NCBI GenBank assembly: GCA_021811235.1 | Contig: JAJZPG010000014.1 | Location: 5,102-69,101, forward strand | Length of the DNA: 64,000 nucleotides | From: Pseudomonadota bacterium | GTDB lineage: Bacteria; Pseudomonadota; Gammaproteobacteria; Burkholderiales; Thiobacillaceae | Direction of reading: 5' to 3' | Part shown: positions 1 through 9,870 of the stretch, piece after piece | Numbering within the stretch: the stretch's first letter is position 1 | Layout: each line of letters begins with the position of its first letter | Program-made: the position numbers and the translations under genes | Notes under the pieces: generated by a model | The model's database searches: none | What the model saw: the letters and a program-made list of their open reading frames with translations, nothing else | Told to the model about the DNA's origin: nothing

Positions 1-1529
1 TCGTCAGCCGCCTGCGCGCGTTCCATCGGGCGGTCGCGCGGGTCCTGCACCGACAGCGCGCTGGCGATGATCAGCACCTCGCGCACGCAGCGCTGCTGCT
101 CGGCCGCCAGCAGCATGCGGGCGATGCGCGGGTCGAGCGGCAGCTTGGAGAGCTTGCTGCCGATCTTCGTCAGCTGCCCCGCGTCGTCGAGCGCGTGGAG
201 TTCCGCCAGCAGCTGGTAGCCGTCGGTGACGAGCCGCGGGCTCGGCGGATCGATGAAGGGAAAGCTGACGACGTCGCCGAGGCCGAGCGACTTCATGCGC
301 AGGATGACGCCAGCGAGCGAGGAGCGCAGCAGTTCGGGGTCGGTGAAGCGCGGCCGGTTGGCGAAGTCGGCCTCGTCGTAGAGGCGGATGCACACGCCGT
401 CGGCCACCCGCCCGCAGCGCCCGGCACGCTGGTTGGCCGACGCCTGCGACACCTTCTCGATCAGCAGCTGCTCGACCTTGTTGCGTGCCGAATAACGCTT
501 CACCCGCGCGGTGCCGGGGTCGATCACGTAGCGGATGCCCGGCACGGTGAGCGAGGTCTCGGCGACGTTGGTGGCGAGCACGATGCGCCGCAGCGCGCTG
601 GTCGGCTTGAAGATCGCGTCCTGCTCGGCCACCGACAGGCGGGAGAACAGCGGCAGGATCTCGGTGCCGGGCGGATGGTGCTTCCTGAGCGCCTCGGCGG
701 TGTCGCGGATCTCGCGCTCGCCCGGCAGGAACACCAGGATGTCGCCGGGGCCGAGCCGCGCCAGTTCGTCGGTGGCGTCGAGGATGGCCTCCGTCAAATC
801 GCTCTGGGCATCACGTTTGCTCCCTCTCCCGCTGGCGGGAGAGGCTTGGGAAGAAGGCCTGCCGCCGCGAGCAGCTTTTCCCTCTCCCCCTCCCCCGCTT
901 GCGGGGGAGGGGAGGTCCTCCTGCTCACTGCGTTCAATGGGCCGCCAGCGGATTTCCACCGGATAGGTGCGGCCCGACACCTCGATCACCGGCGCGTCGT
1001 TGAAGTGCTTCGAGAAACGCTCGGCGTCGATGGTGGCCGAGGTGATGACCACGCGCAGATCGCTGCGCTTTTCCACCAGCGTCTTCAGGTAGCCGAGCAG
1101 GAAATCGATGTTGAGGCTGCGCTCGTGCGCCTCGTCGATGATGATCGTGTCGTAGCGCGACAGCAGCGGGTCGCCCTGGCTTTCGGCGAGCAGGATGCCG
1201 TCGGTCATCACCTTGATCGCGGTGTCTTCGCGCACGGTGTCGGTGAAGCGCACCTTGTAGCCGACCAGGCCGCCGAGTTCGCCGCCCAGTTCCTGCGCGA
1301 TGCGCGCCGCCACCGAGCGCGCGGCGATGCGGCGCGGCTGGGTGCAGCCGATCAGCTTGCCGGGACGAACGCCTACCTCCAGGCACATCTTGGGAATCTG
1401 CGTGGTCTTGCCGGAACCGGTCTCGCCGCACAGGATCAGCACGCGGTTCTTTTGCAGCGCGGCAAGGATGTCCTCGCGGCGCGCGGAAACCGGCAGGTCG
1501 GGATAATGGATAGGCAAAAGAGTATTCAC
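1..1529 (-). CDS. hrpA: ATP-dependent RNA helicase HrpA, N-terminal part (runs off the window start)
   Basis: Manual translation from GTG at 1529: ...[18 protein letters not shown]...TQPRRIAAR...MTDGILL...[18 protein letters not shown]...SATID...[13 protein letters not shown]...[19 protein letters not shown]. These are the DEAH-box motifs. Missing from the ORF track because no stop codon lies in the window. Confidence 0.93.
   Translation of the reverse strand, partial: MNTLLPIHYPDLPVSARREDILAALQKNRVLILCGETGSGKTTQIPKMCLEVGVRPGKLIGCTQPRRIAARSVAARIAQELGGELGGLVGYKVRFTDTVREDTAIKVMTDGILLAESQGDPLLSRYDTIIIDEAHERSLNIDFLLGYLKTLVEKRSDLRVVITSATIDAERFSKHFNDAPVIEVSGRTYPVEIRWRPIERSEQEDLPSPASGGGGEGKAARGGRPSSQASPASGRGSKRDAQSDLTEAILDATDELARLGPGDILVFLPGEREIRDTAEALRKHHPPGTEILPLFSRLSVAEQDAIFKPTSALRRIVLATNVAETSLTVPGIRYVIDPGTARVKRYSARNKVEQLLIEKVSQASANQRAGRCGRVADGVCIRLYDEADFANRPRFTDPELLRSSLAGVILRMKSLGLGDVVSFPFIDPPSPRLVTDGYQLLAELHALDDAGQLTKIGSKLSKLPLDPRIARMLLAAEQQRCVREVLIIASALSVQDPRDRPMERAQAAD
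821..915. repeat. Double-palindrome REP/MITE-like element inside the hrpA reading frame
   Basis: CCTCTCCCGC-TG-GCGGGAGAGG (823-844) and CCCCTCCCCCGC-TT-GCGGGGGAGGGG (887-912). Confidence 0.8.
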
Positions 1530-1641
1530 AATTCAAAAAAGACCCTCCACGCAGGACACGAAGAAGGCGATCGATCCGCTCGGCGGCTGCCTGCACCGGT
1601 TTGCTTCGTGTTTATTCGTGTCCTTCGCGGGAAAGAAAGGT

Positions 1642-2310
1642 TTACTTGTTCTGGATATACCGGGCGTCGTCGAAGGTTTCCAGCCAGGCCGGACGGTACA
1701 CCGCCATCACGGTGATCGCCATGCCGGTCGAGAAGGCCTCGGCCCAGCTGATCAGCAGCGTGGCGTACGGCGTGTAGTAAGCCAGCAGGTAATCGATCGA
1801 ATACGCGCCGGCCAGCGCCATCACCGCGGTGGTGACCAGGCCGATCGTTGCCACCGACAGCGCAGCACCGAAAAAACCGTTGCCCAGCACGTAGATGAAG
1901 AAATGGTTCGGCAACCGGCGGTCGAGCAGGCGGAACACGGCCCAGCTTACCGCCGCCGGCAGCGCCGCCATCAGCAGCGCGTCGACGCCCAGCGAGGTCC
2001 AGCTGCTGCGGCCGAAGGCCGCGTTCGCCAGCAGCACCAGCACGCCGGCGAAGCTGGCGCGCCAGAAGCCGAACATCAGCGTCAGCGCGGCGATGCCGTA
2101 GAGATGGAACGCCAGGCCCGGCTTCACGCCGGTGCGGATCTGCCACAGCGCCAGCACGGCGACGGTGGCGCCGAGGAACAGGTTCAGGCGCACCGGTTCC
2201 AGCAGGCGCCGCCAGTCGCCCGACCGCATCCAGCGCCAGGCAAGGAAGGCGAGTCCCAGCCAGCCGGCAAGATGAAATGATTCGGGCAGGACAAGCGCGG
2301 TAAAATTCAT
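1642..2310 (-). CDS. Energy-coupling-factor-type permease (CbiM-like S component)
   Basis: 222 aa with about 6 hydrophobic helices; G..FHLYG and NHFFIYVLGNGF segments typical of this proteobacterial family. Confidence 0.7.
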   Translation of the reverse strand: MNFTALVLPESFHLAGWLGLAFLAWRWMRSGDWRRLLEPVRLNLFLGATVAVLALWQIRTGVKPGLAFHLYGIAALTLMFGFWRASFAGVLVLLANAAFGRSSWTSLGVDALLMAALPAAVSWAVFRLLDRRLPNHFFIYVLGNGFFGAALSVATIGLVTTAVMALAGAYSIDYLLAYYTPYATLLISWAEAFSTGMAITVMAVYRPAWLETFDDARYIQNK

Positions 2311-2359
2311 GGGCCGATTTTACGCGATGCGCCGCCCCCTTACTTCTTCGAGCCCTGCC

Positions 2360-3028
2360 ATGCCCGTCACGCCCCATACCCCGCTCAGCGACGCCGACAT
2401 CGATGCGCTGGCCGACCTGGTCGATCTCATCGACGAGCGCACCGACGTGCCGGTCTCGCTCGAAGGTCTCGACGGCTTTCTCCTGGCGCTCGCCTGCAGC
2501 CCGCGCGCCATCCCGCCTGGAGAATTCTTCCCGGTGCTGCTCGAACGCGCCGACGGCGTCGACGCCGTATTCGAGGACGCAGCCGACGCGGCCCGCTTTC
2601 TCGCCCTGTTCGAGCGCCGCCGCAACGAAATCGCCCGGGCGCTCGCGGCCCCCATCGAGAACCTCGCCGACCCGCGCGCCCTGTCGCCGCTGATCATGGA
2701 CTGGCAGGGCCTGCTGGCCGAGCTGCCGCCGGCCGAGGCGAAACAGCTGAAGACGGCCGGCATCCCGCCCTACGCCCAGCTGTGGGCCGGCGGCTTCCTG
2801 CTGGCGGTGGAACACTGGGAAAACGACTGGAACCTGCCCGCGGGCAGCAAGGACGAAGCCTACGTCGACGAGATGCTCGATCCTTTTTATATCCTGGCCG
2901 CCCCGCTCGACGAGCTCAGCCCGGAAGAACGCAACACCCGCCGCGAGGATCACGTCGCCCTCGCCCTCTGGGGCGCCTACGAGCTGCGCGAATTCTGGCT
3001 CGACCGCGGCCAGGGCGTGCGCAACTGA
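2360..3028 (+). CDS. UPF0149/YecA-family protein (no SEC-C tail)
   Basis: PLSD..ID.L...SLEGLDGFLLALACSP...F..L..RRNEI...WAGGF. ATG 2360 is preferred because ATG 2309 overlaps the divergent start codon. Confidence 0.7.
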   Translation: MPVTPHTPLSDADIDALADLVDLIDERTDVPVSLEGLDGFLLALACSPRAIPPGEFFPVLLERADGVDAVFEDAADAARFLALFERRRNEIARALAAPIENLADPRALSPLIMDWQGLLAELPPAEAKQLKTAGIPPYAQLWAGGFLLAVEHWENDWNLPAGSKDEAYVDEMLDPFYILAAPLDELSPEERNTRREDHVALALWGAYELREFWLDRGQGVRN

Positions 3029-3072
3029 ATATTCTGAATATTTTGTAACGTGATTCTTGTAAGCTGTAGCCG

Positions 3073-3744
3073 ATGAAACTCGTTCTCTTCGACCTCGACA
3101 ACACCCTGCTCGCCGGTGACTCCGACTACGAATGGGGGCAGTTCCTCATCGCCAAGGGCGCGGTCGACGGGGCCCACTACGAAGCCAAGAACAAGGCGTT
3201 CTACGAGGACTACAAGGCCGGCCGGCTCGACATCTACGCCTTCCTCGCCTTCGCGCTGCGCCCGCTCGCCACCCACGCGCGCGCGCAGCTCGACGCCTGG
3301 CGCACCGAATACGTCGCCACCCGCATCAGGCCGATGATCAACCAGGCGGCGCGCGACCTGGTCAACAAACACCTCGACACCGCCGACCTCGTCGCCGTCA
3401 TCACCGCCACCAACAGCTTCGTCACCGGGCCGATCGCCAGGGAATTCGGCATTCCGCACCTGATCGCCACCGACCCCGAGGAAATCGACGGCCATTTCAC
3501 CGGCGAGGTTGCCGGCACGCCCTGCTTCCGCGAAGGTAAGGTCGTCCGCCTCGAGCACTTCCTCGAGGCCCACGGCACCCGGCTCGACTGCCTCGACACC
3601 AGCTGGTTCTACAGCGACTCGCACAACGACCTGCCGCTGCTGGAAAAAGTCCGCCACCCCGTTGCCGTCGACCCCGACCCCACGCTGCGCGCCCACGCCG
3701 AGGGCAAGGGCTGGCCCGTCATCTCGCTGCGCCATCCATCATGA
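3073..3744 (+). CDS. HAD-IB family phosphatase (histidinol-phosphatase/SerB-like)
   Basis: DLDNTL motif I, ITAT motif II, GK, YSDSHNDLPLL motif IV. Confidence 0.85.
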   Translation: MKLVLFDLDNTLLAGDSDYEWGQFLIAKGAVDGAHYEAKNKAFYEDYKAGRLDIYAFLAFALRPLATHARAQLDAWRTEYVATRIRPMINQAARDLVNKHLDTADLVAVITATNSFVTGPIAREFGIPHLIATDPEEIDGHFTGEVAGTPCFREGKVVRLEHFLEAHGTRLDCLDTSWFYSDSHNDLPLLEKVRHPVAVDPDPTLRAHAEGKGWPVISLRHPS

Positions 3745-4751
3745 TGAAGGCGACCTTTCCGGATCGGTCGCCCCTGTCCGCTCCCACCACGCTTGCCGAA
3801 AGCGTCATCCAGCAGCGTGAAGCGCTGGCCAATCTCCTGCGCGAACCGCTGGCGCTGGCCGCACAGGCATGCAGCCGGTCTTGGCCCAGTCGCGCCGGCC
3901 TCAACGCCGCGCTGACGCATGCGCTGGCCGGCCTGCCGGCCTGCAAGTACCTGTATGCGCTGGATACGCGGGCGATCCAGCTGTCGGACAACGTCAGCCA
4001 CCAGGGCCTGATCGAGATCGACTACGGGCGCGACCGCTCCGACCGCCCCTACATGCGCGAGGCGGTGCCGAACCAGGGTTTCCTGCTGTCGCAGGCCTAC
4101 ATCAGCCTGCGCATGAAGCGGCCGTCGCTCACCGCGATCCAGATCGTGCGCGACGACGACGGCCGCGTGCTCGGTTTCGTCGGCGCCGACTTCGACCTGC
4201 GCGACCTGCCGATCACCGGCAAGCTGTACGACGAACCGACCTATTGGCGGCAGATCAAGGGCGACCCGGCGATCCGCGGCGCGGTGTTCCACCAGACGCG
4301 CAGCGACAGCCAGATGGACCTCAACATCGACACCGTGCTCGGCGTGATGGAGGAACTGATGACCGATCGCGGAATCTTCCACGGCAAGCTGCACTTTTCC
4401 AGCAGCCGCGCAACCATCTGGCTGGTCGACGACCCGTATTACTACCGGCTGCTCGACATCGACGCGCTGACCGACCCCGACACCTGCCTCACCTACCCCC
4501 GCCGCCCCTACCCGAACACAGCCGCGGTGCCGAAGGACAAGATCCGTCCGGTGCTGGACAGCCTGCGCGCGCTGCGCTTCATGGACGAGACCTTCTATCT
4601 GCGCGCCGGCTCGCTCAACATCTTCAACGGCATGGTCGGCCTCACCTTCTCGTGCGACGGCTCGCACTACCTGCCGTGGGACGAGTTTCTCTCCAAGGGC
4701 TACGATTTCTGGGCCCCCGTCAATCTGGGCGGGCAAAGCTGCCCGGTCTGA
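3741..4751 (+). CDS. Soluble PDC/Cache-like sensor-domain protein
   Basis: YLYALD...DRSDRPY...SQAYIS....PSLTAIQIVRDDDGRVLGFVGADF resembles a PDC/Cache fold; ATGA overlap with the HAD gene; no TM helix. Confidence 0.6.
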   Translation: MMKATFPDRSPLSAPTTLAESVIQQREALANLLREPLALAAQACSRSWPSRAGLNAALTHALAGLPACKYLYALDTRAIQLSDNVSHQGLIEIDYGRDRSDRPYMREAVPNQGFLLSQAYISLRMKRPSLTAIQIVRDDDGRVLGFVGADFDLRDLPITGKLYDEPTYWRQIKGDPAIRGAVFHQTRSDSQMDLNIDTVLGVMEELMTDRGIFHGKLHFSSSRATIWLVDDPYYYRLLDIDALTDPDTCLTYPRRPYPNTAAVPKDKIRPVLDSLRALRFMDETFYLRAGSLNIFNGMVGLTFSCDGSHYLPWDEFLSKGYDFWAPVNLGGQSCPV

Positions 4752-4833
4752 CCGCACGCCGCCCCGCGCTCCGCGGGGAACGCCCATAAAAGAACCCCGC
4801 CACGCCGGCGGGGTGACGCGTGCCCGTCCGGGT

Positions 4834-5676
4834 TCAGCCGCGGGGTGTGCGCCGGGCCCTCAGGCGCAAACCGACCAAGCCCAGGCCCACAAGCAGCATC
4901 GCCCACTCGCCCGGTTCCGGAACGGAGGCCACCGCCAGCGTATCGCCCTGCGCAAGCGTGAGGTCGAAGGTGGCCGTGTTGTAGAAATCCGAGGTGCCGC
5001 TGTTGCCGCCCGCGCCGGTCAGAAGTAGCGCGCCGATATAGAAGGGCGTGTCGTAGGTGAAGCCGAAGCTGCCGGTGAAGCTCAGGTCGATCGTCTTGTC
5101 GGTGGTCACCGGGACGGGGAGGCCGTTCACATACGTGATCTCGGGCACGCTATCGATATGGCTGGCCAGCACCTGGGCGCCGTTCTGCCCGCCATAGATG
5201 GCGAGCTGGTCGGCCAGCCATGCCTCGGCATTGCCGGCGCTCAGCGTGGTGAAGTCGATGTCGAAGCTGGCCGGCAAGGTCGTCGAAATCGCCAGCACAT
5301 AGCCCACGCCCGCGCTTGCAAGGCCGGAGGCGGAAAGGTAGCCGTCGAGCGCCGCGGAGAAGCTTGCGCTGCCGGCACCGGTCCCGCCGCTGATGGTGTA
5401 GCGGTCCCACCACAGGCTGCCGGCATAGGCGAGGGTATTGGACGTCGTGCCGCTGGTGGCCTGGTTGATGCCGTAGTCGGTCACCGCACCGGCCGAGTAG
5501 CCGGTTCCGCTCACGCTGACCGGGGAATTGTCGTAGGCCCATTGGGTGGTGGCATTCCACGCCCCCGCTGCGGATATCAGCCCATAGTCGGGAAGTGCGG
5601 CCGCAGCCGAAGACGCCTGGAAAACCAGTATGCCGGCCAGCACCGCACCGGCTACGCCGGGATGTGACGTTTTCAT
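4834..5676 (-). CDS. PEP-CTERM sorting-domain surface protein
   Basis: N-terminal signal peptide, Ser/Gly/Thr-rich body, C-terminal VPEPGEWAMLLVGLGLVGLRLRARR. Confidence 0.92.
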   Translation of the reverse strand: MKTSHPGVAGAVLAGILVFQASSAAAALPDYGLISAAGAWNATTQWAYDNSPVSVSGTGYSAGAVTDYGINQATSGTTSNTLAYAGSLWWDRYTISGGTGAGSASFSAALDGYLSASGLASAGVGYVLAISTTLPASFDIDFTTLSAGNAEAWLADQLAIYGGQNGAQVLASHIDSVPEITYVNGLPVPVTTDKTIDLSFTGSFGFTYDTPFYIGALLLTGAGGNSGTSDFYNTATFDLTLAQGDTLAVASVPEPGEWAMLLVGLGLVGLRLRARRTPRG

Positions 5677-5723
5677 CGTTTCTCCTCCTGTATTTTTATC
5701 GTGCAGCGCACGGGGCGAATTGG

Positions 5724-5740
5724 AGCAAAAAACAGTCCGA
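5724..5740 (-). promoter_or_regulatory. sigma54-type -24/-12 site for the PEP-CTERM gene
   Basis: Minus strand TCGGACTGTTTTTTGCT = GG-N10-GC with TTGCT at -12, 48 bp upstream of the ATG. Confidence 0.55.
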
Positions 5741-5958
5741 ATTCTTAGCCGATTGTTTATAAATGGTATTTATGCACCACGTCAACAGGATTCAATAATT
5801 TTGCAAAGAAATCCGACGCAGCGCCTGGCCGATTCCGGTTTGCCATGCCGGCACGTCAAAAAATCCGGCGCGTCCGTTCAACGACGGGCGGCCTCTGCAA
5901 CCGCCTCTCCCAGGCGCGCCCTGCGAGCGGATCGGACAAACCGCTCATGCGCCCAGGG

Positions 5959-5988
5959 TTGAACCGACGGCCCCCGGCGGCGGATAAT
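5959..5988 (+). promoter_or_regulatory. sigma70-like promoter of the rnf operon
   Basis: TTGAAC-N18-GATAAT, 25 bp before the TTG start. Confidence 0.45.
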
Positions 5989-6012
5989 GCTGCATTGCGT
6001 CGGGCTGCTGCT

Positions 6013-6588
6013 TTGGAAACCTACCTCCTCATCCTCATTTCCACGGTGTTCGTCAACAACATCGTGATGGCCAAGATCCTCGGGCTGTGCCCCTTCATGG
6101 GCGTATCGAAAAAGCTGGAAACGGCGATCGGCATGGGACTGGCGACGACCTTCGTGCTGACGCTGGCCTCGGGTGCGAGCTACCTCATCAACGAATACCT
6201 GCTCGGCACCGAGCTGTTCTACCTGCGCACGCTGTCGTTCATCGTGGTGATCGCCGGGATCGTGCAGTTCACCGAGATGTTCATCCACAAGACCAGCCCG
6301 GTGCTGTACCAGGTGTTGGGCATCTACCTGCCGCTCATCACGACCAACTGCGCGGTGCTGGGGATTCCGCTGCTCAACGTGCAGGCGCAGCACGGTTTCG
6401 TCGAGTCGCTGTTCTTCGGCGCCGGCGGCGCGATCGGCTTCACCCTGGTGCTGATCCTGTTCGCCGGCATCCGCGAGCGCCTCGACACCTGCGACGTGCC
6501 CGCCCCATTCAAGGGCACCAGCATCGCGATGGTCACCGCCGGCCTGATGTCGCTCGCCTTCATGGGCTTCTCCGGGCTGGTGAAATAA
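6013..6588 (+). CDS. rnfA: Rnf/Rsx electron transport complex subunit A
   Basis: [31 protein letters not shown]; probable TTG start at 6013. Confidence 0.93.
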   Translation: METYLLILISTVFVNNIVMAKILGLCPFMGVSKKLETAIGMGLATTFVLTLASGASYLINEYLLGTELFYLRTLSFIVVIAGIVQFTEMFIHKTSPVLYQVLGIYLPLITTNCAVLGIPLLNVQAQHGFVESLFFGAGGAIGFTLVLILFAGIRERLDTCDVPAPFKGTSIAMVTAGLMSLAFMGFSGLVK

Positions 6589-7151
6589 TGCTCACCGCGA
6601 TCGGCGTGATGGTCGCCATCGCGGTCGTGACCGGCCTCGTGCTCGGCTGGTCGGCGATCCGCTTCAAGGTCGAAGGCAACCCGCTGGCGGAAAAGATCGA
6701 CGCCATCCTGCCGCAGACGCAATGCGGCCAGTGTGGCTTCCCTGGCTGCAAGCCCTACGCCGAGGCGATCGCCAAGGGCGAGGCCGACATCAACCAGTGC
6801 CCGCCCGGCGGCGAGGAAGGCGTGAAGAAACTCGCTGAACTGCTGGGCGTGGAGCCCAAGCCGCTCGACGAGGCCCACGGCACGCCCAAGCCCAAATCGG
6901 TCGCCTTCATCGACGAAAACACCTGCATCGGCTGCACCCTGTGCATCCAGGCCTGCCCGGTCGACGCGATTTCAGGCGCAGCCAAGCAGATGCACACCAT
7001 CATCGCCGCCGAATGCACCGGCTGCGAACTGTGCCTGCCGCCGTGCCCGGTCGATTGCATCACCATGGTGCCGATCGCCGAAGACCTGCCGCACTGGAAA
7101 TGGAAGCATCCGGTGGTGATGCTGAAGCAGGTCGAGGAGGAGCACGCATGA
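6588..7151 (+). CDS. rnfB: Rnf/Rsx subunit B (Fe-S)
   Basis: [18 protein letters not shown], two CxxCxxCxxxCP ferredoxin motifs; TAATG coupling to rnfA. Confidence 0.95.
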   Translation: MLTAIGVMVAIAVVTGLVLGWSAIRFKVEGNPLAEKIDAILPQTQCGQCGFPGCKPYAEAIAKGEADINQCPPGGEEGVKKLAELLGVEPKPLDEAHGTPKPKSVAFIDENTCIGCTLCIQACPVDAISGAAKQMHTIIAAECTGCELCLPPCPVDCITMVPIAEDLPHWKWKHPVVMLKQVEEEHA

Positions 7152-8812
7152 GCCGCGAACTCTTCAAGTTCAAGGGCGGCGTGCACCCGCCCGGGCACAA
7201 GTCCGAATCGAATTCGCGCCCGATCCATGCCGCGCCGTTGCCGAAGAAGCTGGTCATCCCGCTGCGCCAGCACATCGGCAACCCGGCCAAGCCGGTGGTC
7301 GAGGTCGGCGAGCGGGTGAAGAAGGGCCAGCTGATCGGCGAAGCCGACGGCTACATCTCCTGCGCGGTCCACGCGTCGAGTTCGGGCACGGTCACCGCCA
7401 TCGACATGCAGACCATGCCGCACGCCTCCGGCCTGCCCGACCTCTGCATCACGATCGAGACCGACGGCCGCGACGAATGGATCGCCCACGCGCCGCTCGA
7501 CTATCGGGCGATGGTCCCCGCCGAGCTGCGCATGCGGCTGCGCGACATGGGCATCGCCGGCCTTGGCGGCGCGGTCTTCCCCAGCGCGGTCAAGCTCGAC
7601 CCCGGTGCCGCGCAAGCCTGCCCCACCCTCATCATCAACGGCGGCGAATGCGAGCCGTGGATCACCTGCGACGACGTGCTGATGCGTCATCGCGCCGACG
7701 AGATCCTGCAGGGCGTGACGGTGATGCGCCATCTCCTGGGCAGCACCGAGATCCTGGTCGGCATCGAGGACAACAAGCCGGAAGCCGTCGCCGCGATGCA
7801 GGCGGCTGCGGCCAAGATGGATTTCGCGGTGGAAGTCGTCGCGGTGCCGGCACGCTACCCTGGCGGTGGCGCCAAGCAGATGATCGAAACGCTCACCGGC
7901 AAGCAGGTGCCGTCCGGCAAGCTCTCCACCGACATCGGCATCCAGGTGTTCAACGTCGGCACCACCTATGCGCTCGCGCGTGCGGTGCATCACGGCGAGC
8001 CGCTGATCTCGCGCCTGGTCACCGTCACCGGCCACGTGTTGCGCCCGCAGAATTTCGAGGTGCTGATCGGCACGCCGATGCACACGCTGATCACCTTGGC
8101 CGGCGACCGCGACGGCACCACCGGCGTGCTGATGGGCGGGCCGATGATGGGCGTGCCGATGCCCGACCTCGAGGTACCGGTGGTCAAGGCGACCAACTGC
8201 ATCCTGGTCAAATCGAACGAACTGTTCCCGCCGCTGCCCAGGGCGCTGCCGTGCATCCGCTGCACCCGCTGCGCCGACGCCTGTCCGGCCGAGCTGCAGC
8301 CGCAGGAGCTGTTCCGTTTCGCCAAGGCGGGCGACTTCGGCCGCGCGCAGGAATACCACCTGTTTGACTGCATCGAATGCGGCTGCTGCAGCTACGTCTG
8401 CCCCAGCCACATTCCGCTGGTCGATTACTACCGCTACGCCAAGGGCGAAATCTGGGCACGCGAAAAGGAAAAACGCGCCGCCGACCTGGCGCGCGAACGC
8501 CACGAATTCCGCCTGTTCCGCCTCGAGCGCGAGAAGAAGGAAAAGGCCGAGAAGCTCGCCGCCAAGGCGCAGGCCAAACGTGCCGAACTCGCCGCGGATC
8601 CCTCGGCATCCGGCGCCCCGGACGCCGACGCCAAGAAGGCGCTGATCGCCGCCGCGCTGGCGCGCGCGCAAGCGAAAAAGGCCGAGGTCGCGCCGAAGAA
8701 CGTCGACCACCTGACGCCCGAGCAGCAGCACTCGATCGAGGAGATCGAGGCGCGCCGGGCTAAAATCCGCGAACTGGCACACCAGCCGCTGGAATCCGAA
8801 GAGAAGCCCTAA
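7148..8812 (+). CDS. rnfC: Rnf/Rsx subunit C
   Basis: [54 protein letters not shown]. Confidence 0.95.
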   Translation: MSRELFKFKGGVHPPGHKSESNSRPIHAAPLPKKLVIPLRQHIGNPAKPVVEVGERVKKGQLIGEADGYISCAVHASSSGTVTAIDMQTMPHASGLPDLCITIETDGRDEWIAHAPLDYRAMVPAELRMRLRDMGIAGLGGAVFPSAVKLDPGAAQACPTLIINGGECEPWITCDDVLMRHRADEILQGVTVMRHLLGSTEILVGIEDNKPEAVAAMQAAAAKMDFAVEVVAVPARYPGGGAKQMIETLTGKQVPSGKLSTDIGIQVFNVGTTYALARAVHHGEPLISRLVTVTGHVLRPQNFEVLIGTPMHTLITLAGDRDGTTGVLMGGPMMGVPMPDLEVPVVKATNCILVKSNELFPPLPRALPCIRCTRCADACPAELQPQELFRFAKAGDFGRAQEYHLFDCIECGCCSYVCPSHIPLVDYYRYAKGEIWAREKEKRAADLARERHEFRLFRLEREKKEKAEKLAAKAQAKRAELAADPSASGAPDADAKKALIAAALARAQAKKAEVAPKNVDHLTPEQQHSIEEIEARRAKIRELAHQPLESEEKP

Positions 8813-8835
8813 GGCGCCCAGAAAGAAGACGAATA

Positions 8836-9870
8836 ATGCCCTCCCCTTTCATTCTCGACCGCAGCAGCGTCACCCAGGTCATGGCCTGGGTGCTGGCGGC
8901 CCTGTTGCCCGGTGTCCTGGTGTACGTCTGGCTGTTCGGCCCGGGCATCCTGGTGACGCTGTCGCTCGCCACCGTCACCGCACTGGCGGCCGAGGCGGCG
9001 ATGCTGAAAGCGCGTGGCTATCCGGCCAAGCCCTTCCTCACCGATCTGTCCGCGATCGTCACCGCCTGGCTCTTGGCGCTCTCCTTGCCTTCGCTGGCGC
9101 CGTGGTGGCTGATCGTCACCGGCACCCTGTTCGCCATCGTGGTCGCCAAGCACCTGTACGGGGGGCTGGGACAGAACATCTTCAACCCGGCGATGGTCGG
9201 CTACGCGGTGCTGATCGTGTCGTTCCCGGTGCAGATGACGCAATGGGCGGGCCCGCTCGAACTGACCACGGCGCACCTCACGCTGGCGCAGAGCGCGAGC
9301 GTGATCTTCGGCGGCGACCTCCCCAAGACCACGCTCGACGCCGTCACCATGGCCACCCCGCTGGACGCGCTGCGCACCGGCCTGCTGCAGCAGCACACGG
9401 TGGACGAGATCATGACGCAGCCGATTTTCGGCCACTACGGCGGCACCGGCTTCGAGTGGCTGGCGGCGGCCTTCCTGCTCGGCGGGCTCGTGCTGTGGGC
9501 GCTGCGCATCATCAGCTGGCACGTGCCGCTGGCGTTTCTCGCCGGCATCTGGCTCACCGCCGGCTTCCTGCATTTCTTCGACGCCGGCCGCTTCGGCGCG
9601 CCGTGGTTCCACCTGTTCGCACCGTCGGTCATGCTCGGCGCCTTCTTCATCGCCACCGACCCGGTGTCGGGTGCCACCACGCCGCGCGGCAAGCTGATCT
9701 TCGGCCTCGGCGCCGGCTTCCTCACCATCGCCATCCGCACCTGGGGCGGCTTCCCCGACGGCGTGGCCTTCGCCATCCTGCTGATGAACCTGTGCGTGCC
9801 GCTGATCGATCAGTACACCCAGCCGCGCATCTACGGCGGGGCGTCCAGAACCAAGGAACCGCCGGCATGA
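8836..9870 (+). CDS. rnfD: Rnf/Rsx subunit D
   Basis: KHLYGGLGQNIFNPAMVG, TMATPL (FMN-binding Thr), FFIATDPVS. Confidence 0.95.
   Translation: MPSPFILDRSSVTQVMAWVLAALLPGVLVYVWLFGPGILVTLSLATVTALAAEAAMLKARGYPAKPFLTDLSAIVTAWLLALSLPSLAPWWLIVTGTLFAIVVAKHLYGGLGQNIFNPAMVGYAVLIVSFPVQMTQWAGPLELTTAHLTLAQSASVIFGGDLPKTTLDAVTMATPLDALRTGLLQQHTVDEIMTQPIFGHYGGTGFEWLAAAFLLGGLVLWALRIISWHVPLAFLAGIWLTAGFLHFFDAGRFGAPWFHLFAPSVMLGAFFIATDPVSGATTPRGKLIFGLGAGFLTIAIRTWGGFPDGVAFAILLMNLCVPLIDQYTQPRIYGGASRTKEPPA

Noticed and set aside
195-1715. 506-aa plus-strand ORF, and the many other long antisense or overlapping ORFs in the track
   Set aside because: These are shadow ORFs of high-GC coding sequence, opposite genes with clear motifs (here hrpA), and show no domain signatures.
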